A DNA stretch of 64,000 nt from Clostridia bacterium (GTDB lineage: Bacteria > Bacillota > Clostridia > Oscillospirales > Acutalibacteraceae), in the NCBI GenBank assembly GCA_024404195.1, contig JAKSQJ010000002.1:9661-73660 (forward strand), read 5' to 3'. Each line of letters starts with the position of its first letter. The stretch's first letter is position 1. Shown here one piece after another: positions 35,554-44,649 of the stretch. The notes under the pieces are model-generated. The model did no database searches. It saw only the letters and a list, made by a program, of their open reading frames with translations, and was not told the DNA's origin. The position numbers were made by a program, and so were the translations under genes.

Positions 35554-36348
35554 TCAGTTTTCCTCTTTATCAAAATGGACATCCAACTGATTATACGGAA
35601 TAACAATATTTTCTTCGTCTAATATCTTTTGTATTTCATATAAAACCTCTCGGCGAACGGCGGCTTTTTTGGTGGAGTCGCAAAGGATTAAAATGCGGTA
35701 AAGTATTGAAGATTCGCCGAAATTCTCTGTTCCGAGGAAGCGACATTCTTTAACATCTTCAATTTTTTGAATTCTCTCGCAGTTATCGCCGAACAACTTA
35801 TGTATTCTTTCAAAATCCTCGTCATAAGACAAAGGAATATCAACAACAAAACGGCTTCTTATCCTATGAACTTCGGTTATGTTGCGGTTACAAATCGTTG
35901 TTATGGAGCGGTCATTAAGGTCGCCTAACTTTGTAGTTGTAAGGTTAAAGCTTACAACAATACCCTCTCTGCCGTTTATTTCAACACATTCGCCTACCGT
36001 AAAAAACTTATCGGACAAAATATGTATTCCCATTATAACATCTTTAAGGTAATCCTGAAGCGCAAGACCGACAACGGCACTCGCAATTCCGAGACCTGCA
36101 ATAACGGACATTAAATTAACACCGTTTATTTGGCAAATAATAAGAAAGCCGAACGCAATTACAAACACACGAATAACAAGAAAAAGCCGTCTTGTTATAA
36201 TAACCTTCGGGTCCTGCAAGCTTTCAATTTTTTGAGTTATTTTCTTTTTATATTTGCCGAGAATGGCGCAAATAACAACGCAAACGATAAAAATAACACA
36301 GCTTATTATAAATCGGCTGCTTTTTAAGTAATTAAGAATTTCGGGCAT
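35554..36348 (-). CDS. MscS-family mechanosensitive channel
   Basis: The TM helices are followed by the conserved MscS beta domain (VGECVEINGREGIVVSFNLTTTKL). I prefer the ATG at 36348 with RBS GGTG. Confidence 0.75.
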   Translation of the reverse strand: MPEILNYLKSSRFIISCVIFIVCVVICAILGKYKKKITQKIESLQDPKVIITRRLFLVIRVFVIAFGFLIICQINGVNLMSVIAGLGIASAVVGLALQDYLKDVIMGIHILSDKFFTVGECVEINGREGIVVSFNLTTTKLGDLNDRSITTICNRNITEVHRIRSRFVVDIPLSYDEDFERIHKLFGDNCERIQKIEDVKECRFLGTENFGESSILYRILILCDSTKKAAVRREVLYEIQKILDEENIVIPYNQLDVHFDKEEN

Positions 36349-36444
36349 ATATTTCACCTTCCGATATTTTTTATCAATTATACCACAACAAATGATTAAA
36401 TTAAAGTTTTTTTATTAAAATCGGGCGGCTTTTGAAAAAAACTA

Positions 36445-36473
36445 TTGACAAAACACCCTATATAGTTGATAAT
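36445..36473 (+). promoter_or_regulatory. SigmaA-type promoter (TTGACA-17-GATAAT) for rsmD-coaD
   Basis: TTGACA at 36445-36450, a 17-nt spacer, and GATAAT at 36468-36473. Confidence 0.5.
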
Positions 36474-36505
36474 ATAATAGATATTATATAGTTTGGTGTG
36501 ATGTT

Positions 36506-37057
36506 ATGCGGGTTATAACGGGTTTGGCTCGTGGCAAACGGTTGATAACCGTGCCCGGTAACGACCTTGTCCGCCCGACAAGTGAAAAGGTTAAGGAATC
36601 TATATTCAGTTCCATTCAGTTTGATATTGAGGGCAGAAGAATTTTAGACCTTTTTGCCGGAAGCGGTCAAATGGGTATTGAGGCATTAAGCCGAGGCGCC
36701 GAAAGTGCCGTCTTTGTTGACTCTTCCGATGTTTCGTTAGGGGTTGTCAGGCAAAACCTTTCGGGAACCGTTTTTGAAGACAAGGCAAAAATCGTTAAAT
36801 CCGATTATAAAACTTTTCTTTCAAGAGAAAATGTTTTTGATATTGCGTTTTTGGACCCTCCATATAATAAGGGAATTTTGAAAGAAGCATTGCCCCTTGT
36901 TTGCAAAGTTATGAGCGATTACGGTATAATTATCTGCGAACACGAATCAGAAGAAATTATGCCAAAGGCGGTCGGTGATTTTGCCATATACCGTGAGTAT
37001 AAATTCGGCAAGATTAAGGTTACCGTTTATAAAAAAGGAGAAATGGCAAATGACTGA
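36506..37057 (+). CDS. rsmD: 16S rRNA (guanine966-N2)-methyltransferase
   Basis: A 183-aa ORF with MRVITG..RG, LDLFAGSG and DPPY motifs. It shows the conserved rsmD-coaD pairing. Confidence 0.85.
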   Translation: MRVITGLARGKRLITVPGNDLVRPTSEKVKESIFSSIQFDIEGRRILDLFAGSGQMGIEALSRGAESAVFVDSSDVSLGVVRQNLSGTVFEDKAKIVKSDYKTFLSRENVFDIAFLDPPYNKGILKEALPLVCKVMSDYGIIICEHESEEIMPKAVGDFAIYREYKFGKIKVTVYKKGEMAND

Positions 37058-37541
37058 AAAAATTGCGATTTGTCCGGGCAGTTTTGACCCTATAACATTC
37101 GGTCATATTGATATTATTCAAAGAGCCGCCTTGATGTTTGATGAAATCATCGTGGTTATTATGAAAAACATAAGCAAAACTTCGGGGTCTTTTACTCCCG
37201 AAGAGCGAAAAGAGTTTATTCTTAAATGTGTCGGCGATATTCCGAATGTCCGTGTTGATATTTATGATGGACTTTTAGCCGACTATGCAAGGCAGAAAAA
37301 TGCCTGTGCGATTATTAAGGGTCTTCGCGCCATGTCTGATTTTGAATATGAATTTCAGATGGCGCTGACTAATAAAAAGCTTAACCCCGAGGTTGAAACG
37401 ATTTTCCTTACGACGAGTGCGGAAAATATGTATTTAAGCTCAAGTATGGTTAAGCAAATTGCAAGTATGGGCGGGGATATATCCGATTTTGTCCCTAAAG
37501 AAATACTTGGCGAAATTTCAAGTCGTTTAAGAAAAGATTAA
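37050..37541 (+). CDS. coaD: Phosphopantetheine adenylyltransferase
   Basis: It starts MTEKIAICPGSFDPITFGHIDII (the T/HxGH motif). The longer ORF from 36975 is an upstream extension that overlaps rsmD. Confidence 0.9.
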   Translation: MTEKIAICPGSFDPITFGHIDIIQRAALMFDEIIVVIMKNISKTSGSFTPEERKEFILKCVGDIPNVRVDIYDGLLADYARQKNACAIIKGLRAMSDFEYEFQMALTNKKLNPEVETIFLTTSAENMYLSSSMVKQIASMGGDISDFVPKEILGEISSRLRKD

Positions 37542-37562
37542 AGATAAACGGAGGATAAAAAA

Positions 37563-38021
37563 ATGACACTTGATGAATTACTTGAACAGTTTGACGAGGT
37601 GCTTGACAGCGGTATTAAAATCCCCGGCAAAAAAACGGTAGTTGACATTGAAAAATTGCGTGCGGTTGTTGACGATATCCGTCTTAACATTCCGAGCGAA
37701 ATCAAGCAGGCAAGAGGAATCGTTGCCGACAGAACCGAGATTATCACCAATGCCAAGAAGGAAGCCGACAGCATTATCCGTAATGCCGACGAGCGTGCAA
37801 AGGCAATGGTTGCCGAGCAGGAAATCGTTAAACTCGCTCAGGAAAAGGCAACCGAGATTATCGCAAATGCTCAGGCAAAGACCCGTGATATGAGAAAGGC
37901 CGCTCAGGACTTTGTTGACGACATTATGAAGCGTGCCGATGAGGGACTTACCGCTAATCTTGCCGAAATCCGCAAGACAAGAGCCGCTTTGCACAGTCAG
38001 GCCCCTATGAATAAAGAATAA
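37563..38021 (+). CDS. Coiled-coil protein of unknown function
   Basis: A 152-aa ORF with charged heptad-rich sequence (AKKEADSIIRNADERAKAMVAEQEIVKLAQEKATEIIANAQ). No enzymatic motif is visible. Confidence 0.5.
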   Translation: MTLDELLEQFDEVLDSGIKIPGKKTVVDIEKLRAVVDDIRLNIPSEIKQARGIVADRTEIITNAKKEADSIIRNADERAKAMVAEQEIVKLAQEKATEIIANAQAKTRDMRKAAQDFVDDIMKRADEGLTANLAEIRKTRAALHSQAPMNKE

Positions 38022-38080
38022 TCATTAAAAAATAGGGCAGTAGCATCTGGCTATTGCCTTTTTTAAGTAAGGTGAGAAAA

Positions 38081-38758
38081 ATGAAAAAAATCGTATCTTT
38101 GCTTATTTGTTTGGCGCTTGTTTTAGGAATCGGATTTGTTATGACGGGTTGCAAAGGCGGTGATACAGATACTGCAAATGCAGGAAAAAAAGAAGCTCCG
38201 TCCATCGTTGCAAAATGGGAAGCAACCGTTGACTGCACCAATGCCGTAAAGGAAAAACTTGCAACCGTTAATCATCAAATGGCTGATTATTTTGATTTTG
38301 ACGGTCTTACCGTTAAATATTCTTATGTTTTTGATAAAGAGGGCAACTATGTTTTGAGCGTTGACTCCAAAAAGTTTGACAAGCAAACGGCAAAAATAAA
38401 GAGCTCAACAAAAAAAGCGGTTGTATCGTATTTAGAAGACATTATTAAAGCGCACGGCGAGAATATGACCCCCGAAGAAATGTGCAAACAGTCGGATAAT
38501 ATGACTCTTGACGAGGTTTGCGAGGATTTCCTTAACAAATGGGATATCGCTTCCTGCAAACCTGCCGCTTCAAAAGGAAAATATAAGCTTGACGGCGATA
38601 AATTATATATCGGCGAAAGCGAACAAGGCCTGCAAAACGGTCCGTTCTATACCGTCGGCTTGGAATCTAATAAATTGACCTTAAAGGAATATAGCATTAA
38701 GGACAATTCAAGAGCCGAAAACAAATTGTTACCCATAATATTTAAAAGAATAAAATAA
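38081..38758 (+). CDS. Lipoprotein of unknown function
   Basis: The signal peptide MKKIVSLLICLALVLGIGFVMTGC carries a lipobox. RBS GGTGAG. It shares a KWEA motif with the next gene. Confidence 0.7.
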   Translation: MKKIVSLLICLALVLGIGFVMTGCKGGDTDTANAGKKEAPSIVAKWEATVDCTNAVKEKLATVNHQMADYFDFDGLTVKYSYVFDKEGNYVLSVDSKKFDKQTAKIKSSTKKAVVSYLEDIIKAHGENMTPEEMCKQSDNMTLDEVCEDFLNKWDIASCKPAASKGKYKLDGDKLYIGESEQGLQNGPFYTVGLESNKLTLKEYSIKDNSRAENKLLPIIFKRIK

Positions 38759-38780
38759 TTAAAAAAGAGGAGAAATTATT

Positions 38781-39422
38781 ATGAAAAAATTAGTTTCACT
38801 TGTTCTTGCGGTATGTCTTGCTATCGGTATGATGGCAACAATGTCGGGTTGCTTCGGCAACAAATTGGTCGGCAAATGGGAAGCCGATATTGATATGCGT
38901 GACTATATGTTGAAAGAACTCGGGAGTAACGAAGAAATCAATATTGCAAAGTATTTAAAGCTTGACAGTTTTAATATTCCGATGATTGTTGAGTTCGGCA
39001 AAGACGGCAAATACAATGTTAACATTGACGAAAAGAAGTTCGCAAAGGAAATAGATAAGTTTAAGGGCGCATTAAAGGACGCGCTTTACGGTATATTTAA
39101 GGATATGTTGAAGGTTGACAGCAACGATGCGGTTGATGTTGCCATTAAAGCGCAGGGAATGTCAATGGAAGACCTTATGAAGTCATTTGACAGTGAGGTT
39201 AACTTGGATTCTTTGTTTGACAAGGTAAAGTCAAAGGGCAAATATGAATATGATGCCAAGGACGGCGAGCTTTCGTTTGAAGAATCCGGCTCCGATGACG
39301 AGGAAACCTGGACGATTAAGTTAAAGGGCGACAAGTTTAAGGTTACCGACTATGAAAGCGATGACGACGACGAAGCCGAAATGTTCAAAAACCTTCTCCC
39401 GATAACATTTGAAAAACAGTAA
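38781..39422 (+). CDS. Lipoprotein of unknown function (paralog of the preceding gene)
   Basis: The signal peptide MKKLVSLVLAVCLAIGMMATMSGC carries a lipobox. The GKWEADID motif and the acidic C-terminal region parallel the upstream gene. Confidence 0.7.
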   Translation: MKKLVSLVLAVCLAIGMMATMSGCFGNKLVGKWEADIDMRDYMLKELGSNEEINIAKYLKLDSFNIPMIVEFGKDGKYNVNIDEKKFAKEIDKFKGALKDALYGIFKDMLKVDSNDAVDVAIKAQGMSMEDLMKSFDSEVNLDSLFDKVKSKGKYEYDAKDGELSFEESGSDDEETWTIKLKGDKFKVTDYESDDDDEAEMFKNLLPITFEKQ

Positions 39423-39431
39423 TAAAACAGT

Positions 39432-39473
39432 AAAAATCCCGTTGTGTTGATAAATAACACAACGGGATTTTTT
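39432..39473. terminator. Bidirectional intrinsic terminator
   Basis: A 13-bp perfect hairpin ATCCCGTTGTGTT/AACACAACGGGAT flanked by A- and T-runs, between convergent genes. Confidence 0.8.
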
Positions 39474-39489
39474 GTCAGTGTTTTGCGAA

Positions 39490-40638
39490 TTAAAGATTCG
39501 TAACCGTTTCCATTAAATAGTCGGCAAATTCTTTACAGGTGGCGCCGTCTCTGTCGCCCGTAACGATAACCTTCTTTTCGGTTTCGGTGCAAATAGTTAT
39601 TGCTTTGTTGAGCTTTTCGGCTTGCGCCTTAAAGCCGATATGGTTAAGCATCATTTCGGTTGCCTTAAAAATGCTTGTCGGGTTGGCATATTCGCCGATG
39701 CCCTGTTCTATCATACGGGGAGCCGAGCCGTGAATCGGCTCAAACATAGCATATTTATCCCCTATGTTGGCGCTTCCCGCCGTTCCGACACCGCCTTGAA
39801 TTTGCGCCGCCTCGTCGGTAATTATATCACCGTAAAGGTTGGGCATTAAAAACACCTCAAAATTGCTTCTGATAGCGGTGTTTACAAGGTTTGCGGTCAT
39901 AATATCAATATACCATTCCTCAACCGTTATATCGGGATAATCCTTTGCGATTTCATGGCAAATCTGCGAGAATTTACCGTCGGTTTTCTTCATAATGTTC
40001 GCCTTTGTAACAATGGCGACATTTTTTTTGCCGTTATTTTTTGCAAACTCAAAAGCGGCACGGGCAATTCGCCTTGTTCCGGCATTTGTTGTAACCTTAA
40101 AATCAAAGGCAAGTTTTTCGGGGATTTCAACACCGCGCGAGCCTAAAACATACTCGCCCTCGGTGTTTTCTCTAAAGAAAGTCCAGTCAATATTCTCGCT
40201 CGGAACACATACGGGGCGGACATTCGCATAAAGGTCAAGCTCTCGCCTCATTGCAACATTTGCGCTTTCAAGAGTTCCGCCTTTAAGGGTGGTTGTAGGC
40301 GCCTTTAAAATAACATTACAGCTTTTGATTTCGGCTAAAACATCATCGGGAATGGCTTTATTCTTTGCAATTCTGTTTTCAATGGTCAGTCCCTCAATGT
40401 TTTTAATCTCAACCTTGCCGTTTGCGATTTCGTCTTTAAGCAAAAAGTTTATAAGGCGGTCGGATTCCTTTGAAATAATGGGACCTATGCCGTCACCCGA
40501 GCAAATACCGATTACAATTTTACTTAGTTTCTGATAATCGGTAGCCGAGGTGTCATTTTCCATTTTGTCCTGTCTTGCGATTTGCTCTGTTAAAAGCGTT
40601 CTGAACTGCTCAACCGCACTGTCTATATATTCCTGCAT
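39490..40638 (-). CDS. icd: Isocitrate dehydrogenase (isocitrate/isopropylmalate dehydrogenase family)
   Basis: A 382-aa ORF with the family motif NLYGDIITDEAAQIQGGVGTAGSANIG. It is adjacent to the aconitase and citrate synthase genes. Confidence 0.75.
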   Translation of the reverse strand: MQEYIDSAVEQFRTLLTEQIARQDKMENDTSATDYQKLSKIVIGICSGDGIGPIISKESDRLINFLLKDEIANGKVEIKNIEGLTIENRIAKNKAIPDDVLAEIKSCNVILKAPTTTLKGGTLESANVAMRRELDLYANVRPVCVPSENIDWTFFRENTEGEYVLGSRGVEIPEKLAFDFKVTTNAGTRRIARAAFEFAKNNGKKNVAIVTKANIMKKTDGKFSQICHEIAKDYPDITVEEWYIDIMTANLVNTAIRSNFEVFLMPNLYGDIITDEAAQIQGGVGTAGSANIGDKYAMFEPIHGSAPRMIEQGIGEYANPTSIFKATEMMLNHIGFKAQAEKLNKAITICTETEKKVIVTGDRDGATCKEFADYLMETVTNL

Positions 40639-40640
40639 TT

Positions 40641-42566
40641 TTAATTCTCCTTTGTGTAGGCCAAAAGTCCGCCTGCCTTAAGTATTGCTTTTTGACGCTC
40701 TGTAAAGTTGCAAACAAGGGTAATTTCCTTGCCGTTTGTTTCGTTTTTAAGGGTGATTTCGCCCTTATCCATACCGTTATATATATCGGTAAGGGATAAC
40801 TTGTCCCCTTGGTTTAAGGTATCGTAATCGTCGGGATTTTTGAAGGTTAAGGGCATAATTCCGGCATTTATAAGGTTTGCAACATGAATTCTTGCAAAGC
40901 TTTTTGTAATAACGCAGCGGACGCCCAAATACATCGGCACCAAAGCAGCATGCTCTCTTGAAGAGCCCTGACCGTAGTTTGCGCCGCCGATTACTATGCT
41001 TTCTCCGAGCGCCTTTGCTCTTTCGGGGAACGACTTATCGCAAACACCGAAGCAGAACTGCGAAAGATGTGGAATATTTGAACGGTAGGGAAGAATTTTA
41101 GCACCTGCCGGCATAATATGGTCGGTTGTAATATTATCGCCGACTTTAAGGGAAATTTCGGCGCTTAAACTGTCTAAAACCTTTTTAGAGGTTGGAAACG
41201 GCTTAATATTGGGGCCTCTTAAAATCTCCAAATCACCCGACTTTTCCTCACATTCGGGGTCTAAAACCGCAGTGTCGTTTATTTTGAACTTTTCGGGCAT
41301 CTTTATTTCGGGCATTTCGCCTAAAAGACGGGGGTCGGTAATTTCACCCGTAAGCGCTGCCGCAACGGCGGTTTCGGGGGAAACAAGGTAAACTCCCGCA
41401 TCGGCAGTTCCGCTTCTTCCCTCAAAGTTACGGTTAAATGTTCTAAGTGACACACCTGCGGAATTAGGCGAAAAGCCCATTCCGATACAAGGTCCGCAGG
41501 CACATTCAAGAAGTCGTGCGCCCGAAGCCAAAATATCGCTTAATGCTCCGCAGTCCGAAAGCATTGTAAGAACCTGCTTTGAGCCGGGGGAAACCGACAT
41601 ACTGACAGAGGGCAAAACGGTCTTTCCTTTAAGAAGCGCCGCAACCTTTAACATATCAAGAAGCGAAGAATTAGTGCAGGAGCCGACACAAACCTGGTCA
41701 ACCTTTGTGCCTTTAAGCGAGGCAACCTCAACAACATTGTCGGGGCTGTGCGGACAGGCGATTAGCGGAACAAGAGTATCAAGGTTAATATCAATAATCT
41801 TATCGTATTTTGCATCGGGGTCGCTTGAAAGCGGAATATAGTCATTTTCTCTGCCCTGCGCCTTTAAAAACTGTCTTGTTATTTCGTCGGATGGGAAAAT
41901 TGAGGTTGTAGCACCAAGCTCTGTTCCCATATTGGTTATGGTTGCTCTTTCGGGAACGGAAAGCGTTTTAATTCCCTCACCGCCCCATTCAATTATGGCA
42001 CCGACACCGCCCTTAACCGACAAAATTCTTAAAATTTCAAGCGAAATATCCTTTGCCGAAACAAAGGGTTTAAGTTTACCCGTAAGGTTAACCTTATACA
42101 TTTTGGGCATTGTTATATAGTATGCGCCGCCGCCCATAGCAACCGCAACATCAAGACCGCCGGCACCCATGGCAAGCATACCGATACCGCCGCCCGTCGG
42201 GGTATGACTGTCGGAGCCGATTAGGGTTTTACCGGGGATACCGAAGCGTTCAAGCTGAACCTGATGGCAAATTCCGTTGCCGGGACGGGAGAAATAAATA
42301 CCGTGTTTTTTTGCAACCGACTGTATGTAACGGTGGTCATCGGCATTTTCAAAACCGGACTGCAAGGTGTTATGGTCAATATATGCAACGCTTTTTTCGG
42401 TCTTTACCCTTTTAAGCCCCATGGTTTCAAATTCAAGATACGCCATAGTTCCCGTTGCATCCTGCGTTAGGGTCTGGTCAATTTTTAAGGCGATTTCACT
42501 TCCTACCGTCATATCACCGCTTATAAGGTGATTTTTGATTATCTTTTGTGCTATCGTAAGTCCCAT
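40641..42566 (-). CDS. Aconitate hydratase
   Basis: A 641-aa ORF. The Fe-S ligand contexts are GSDSHT, VGSCTNSS and CGPCIGMG, and a C-terminal swivel domain is present. Confidence 0.85.
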   Translation of the reverse strand: MGLTIAQKIIKNHLISGDMTVGSEIALKIDQTLTQDATGTMAYLEFETMGLKRVKTEKSVAYIDHNTLQSGFENADDHRYIQSVAKKHGIYFSRPGNGICHQVQLERFGIPGKTLIGSDSHTPTGGGIGMLAMGAGGLDVAVAMGGGAYYITMPKMYKVNLTGKLKPFVSAKDISLEILRILSVKGGVGAIIEWGGEGIKTLSVPERATITNMGTELGATTSIFPSDEITRQFLKAQGRENDYIPLSSDPDAKYDKIIDINLDTLVPLIACPHSPDNVVEVASLKGTKVDQVCVGSCTNSSLLDMLKVAALLKGKTVLPSVSMSVSPGSKQVLTMLSDCGALSDILASGARLLECACGPCIGMGFSPNSAGVSLRTFNRNFEGRSGTADAGVYLVSPETAVAAALTGEITDPRLLGEMPEIKMPEKFKINDTAVLDPECEEKSGDLEILRGPNIKPFPTSKKVLDSLSAEISLKVGDNITTDHIMPAGAKILPYRSNIPHLSQFCFGVCDKSFPERAKALGESIVIGGANYGQGSSREHAALVPMYLGVRCVITKSFARIHVANLINAGIMPLTFKNPDDYDTLNQGDKLSLTDIYNGMDKGEITLKNETNGKEITLVCNFTERQKAILKAGGLLAYTKEN

Positions 42567-42568
42567 TT

Positions 42569-43204
42569 TTATACCCCTTTTATGTGGTTATAAGCATTGT
42601 TTATATGCTCAACCGATAATTTTGAAGCCAAATCGCCGTCGCCCTTTGCTATTGCCTCATAGAGCGCTCTGTGTTCGCTGACCGAGGCACCTGCACGGCT
42701 CTTGTTGGTTACTGCCGCACGGCGGTATTTTTGGATTTTTTTATGAAGTGTTACAAGAATTTCATAGAAAATTGTTTTTTTGCTGATTTTATATATCATC
42801 TCATGGAATTGGTTATCCATAGCTTTTATGCCGTCAGGGTCGTTCTTTTCGGTGTAGTATTCCTGAAGCTCAACGATTTTTTCAAGCTCTGAAAGTTGGC
42901 TCTCGGTATGATTTTCGGCGGCAACCTTGCAAACGATACCCTCTAACTGCCGTCTTATCAGAAAAATATCATCAAGGTCATCCTCGCTTATGCCGATAAC
43001 AACCGAGCCCTTGCCCGATTCTTCTATAAGATGCTCCTGTTCAAGTCGGCGAAGCGCCTCTCTTATCGGAGTTCGGCTGACACCTAATTCCAAGCTTAAC
43101 TTGCTTTCGGTTAATACATCACCTTTTTTATATGTGCCGCTTAAAATATCGTTTTCTATGTGTTCAAAAACCTGGTCGGCAAGTGAAACGGTTTTATGTT
43201 GCAT
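42569..43204 (-). CDS. GntR-family (FadR/FCD subfamily) transcriptional regulator
   Basis: A 211-aa ORF. The winged HTH is ESKLSLELGVSRTPIREALRRLEQEHLI, followed by a helical C-terminal FCD-like domain. Confidence 0.8.
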   Translation of the reverse strand: MQHKTVSLADQVFEHIENDILSGTYKKGDVLTESKLSLELGVSRTPIREALRRLEQEHLIEESGKGSVVIGISEDDLDDIFLIRRQLEGIVCKVAAENHTESQLSELEKIVELQEYYTEKNDPDGIKAMDNQFHEMIYKISKKTIFYEILVTLHKKIQKYRRAAVTNKSRAGASVSEHRALYEAIAKGDGDLASKLSVEHINNAYNHIKGV

Positions 43205-44586
43205 TATTTGCTACCTCCCTTAAAATTACCGCCGGAAAATTCGTTTATCTTTTCTTCAATTTCTTCGGCGGAAAGAAGTGTCTGTCTGCCGTCCTCATAT
43301 TCCTTGTCTATCCATTCCTTCATTTTAACAACAAGGTCACTCTTTTTATCTACCTGATTTTCGCCTTTAAGACGGTAGTTTTGGTTAATCCAGTAGGCAA
43401 TTCCGGCAAGCCCCGATGCCTTACCCAAAAGAACGGAGGCAGGGCGGTTAAGGATTTTTTCGGTATTGAAAATATTATAGATTTCTTCGTCTTTTAACAG
43501 TCCGTCGGCGTGAATACCTGCTCTTGTAACATTGAAATTTCTGCCGACAAACGGCGTCATAGGCGGAATTTTATAGCCGATTTCATTCTTAAAGTATTCG
43601 GCAATTTCGGTTATAACCGAGGGGTCCATTCCGTCAAAGGAGCCCCGAAGCGAAGCATATTCCATAACCATTGCTTCAAGCGGAACATTACCCGTTCTCT
43701 CGCCGATACCTAAAAGCGAACAGTTAACGGCGCTCGCTCCGTAAAGCCAAGCGGTAGCGGCATTTGATACCGCCTTATAAAAGTCATTATGACCGTGCCA
43801 TTCAAGAAGCTCGCTCGGAACATCGGCATACTGCCTTAAACCGTAAATAATACCGGGAACGCTTCTCGGCAAAACGGTTCCGGGATAGGAAACGCCGTAA
43901 CCCATAGTATCACAAGCACGGATACGAACGGGAATACCGGCATCTCTTGACATCTTCATAAGCTCATTTACAAACGGAACAACAAAGCCGTAAAAATCGG
44001 CTCTTGTTATATCCTCTAAATGACAACGGGGCATAACTCCTGCCTCAAATGCTTCGGCAACCGATGCCAAATATGTATCCATAGCTTGTTTTCTTGTCAT
44101 TTTGAGTTTCTTGAATATATGATAATCGCTGCACGAAACCAAAATTCCCGTTTCACGAATACCCAAATCCTTAACAAGCTTAAAGTCCTCTTTTTTGGCT
44201 CTTATCCAGGTTGTTATTTCAGGGAATTTAAGGCCCAATTCCTGACATTTTTCTATTGCCTCACGGTCTTTTTTGCTATATACGAAAAATTCGGTCTGAC
44301 GGATAATGCCGTAAGGACCGCCTAATCTTGACATATATTTATAAAGCTCAACTATTTGTTTTACCGAATACGGCTCAACCGACTGCTGACCGTCACGAAG
44401 CGAGGTATCGGTTATCCAAATATCCTTTGGCATTCCGATAGGCACATGGCGGTGGTTAAACGCAACCTTCGGCACCTCCTCATAGTTGTAAAAATCTCTG
44501 TATAAATTAGGGTCGGGAATATCCTGCAAGGAATATTTATAACTGTCCCTTTCAAGCAAATTGCTGTTGTTTGATAATTCAAGCAT
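43204..44586 (-). CDS. Re-face citrate synthase candidate (homocitrate/isopropylmalate synthase family)
   Basis: The HMGL-like catalytic motifs are intact (ITDTSLRDGQQ and WHGHNDFYKAVSNA). The context with aconitase and IDH supports the call. I prefer the ATG at 44586 with RBS AAAGAGG. Confidence 0.65.
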   Translation of the reverse strand: MLELSNNSNLLERDSYKYSLQDIPDPNLYRDFYNYEEVPKVAFNHRHVPIGMPKDIWITDTSLRDGQQSVEPYSVKQIVELYKYMSRLGGPYGIIRQTEFFVYSKKDREAIEKCQELGLKFPEITTWIRAKKEDFKLVKDLGIRETGILVSCSDYHIFKKLKMTRKQAMDTYLASVAEAFEAGVMPRCHLEDITRADFYGFVVPFVNELMKMSRDAGIPVRIRACDTMGYGVSYPGTVLPRSVPGIIYGLRQYADVPSELLEWHGHNDFYKAVSNAATAWLYGASAVNCSLLGIGERTGNVPLEAMVMEYASLRGSFDGMDPSVITEIAEYFKNEIGYKIPPMTPFVGRNFNVTRAGIHADGLLKDEEIYNIFNTEKILNRPASVLLGKASGLAGIAYWINQNYRLKGENQVDKKSDLVVKMKEWIDKEYEDGRQTLLSAEEIEEKINEFSGGNFKGGSK

Positions 44587-44649
44587 AATAATACCTCTTT
44601 TCGCAATTTGTATAATTGTATGCAATTATACTCGTATATATGAATTCTG

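Noticed and set aside
36975-37049. N-terminal extension of coaD
   Set aside because: It overlaps the rsmD coding sequence. The conserved CoaD N-terminus (KIAICPGSFDP) begins right after the ATG at 37050.
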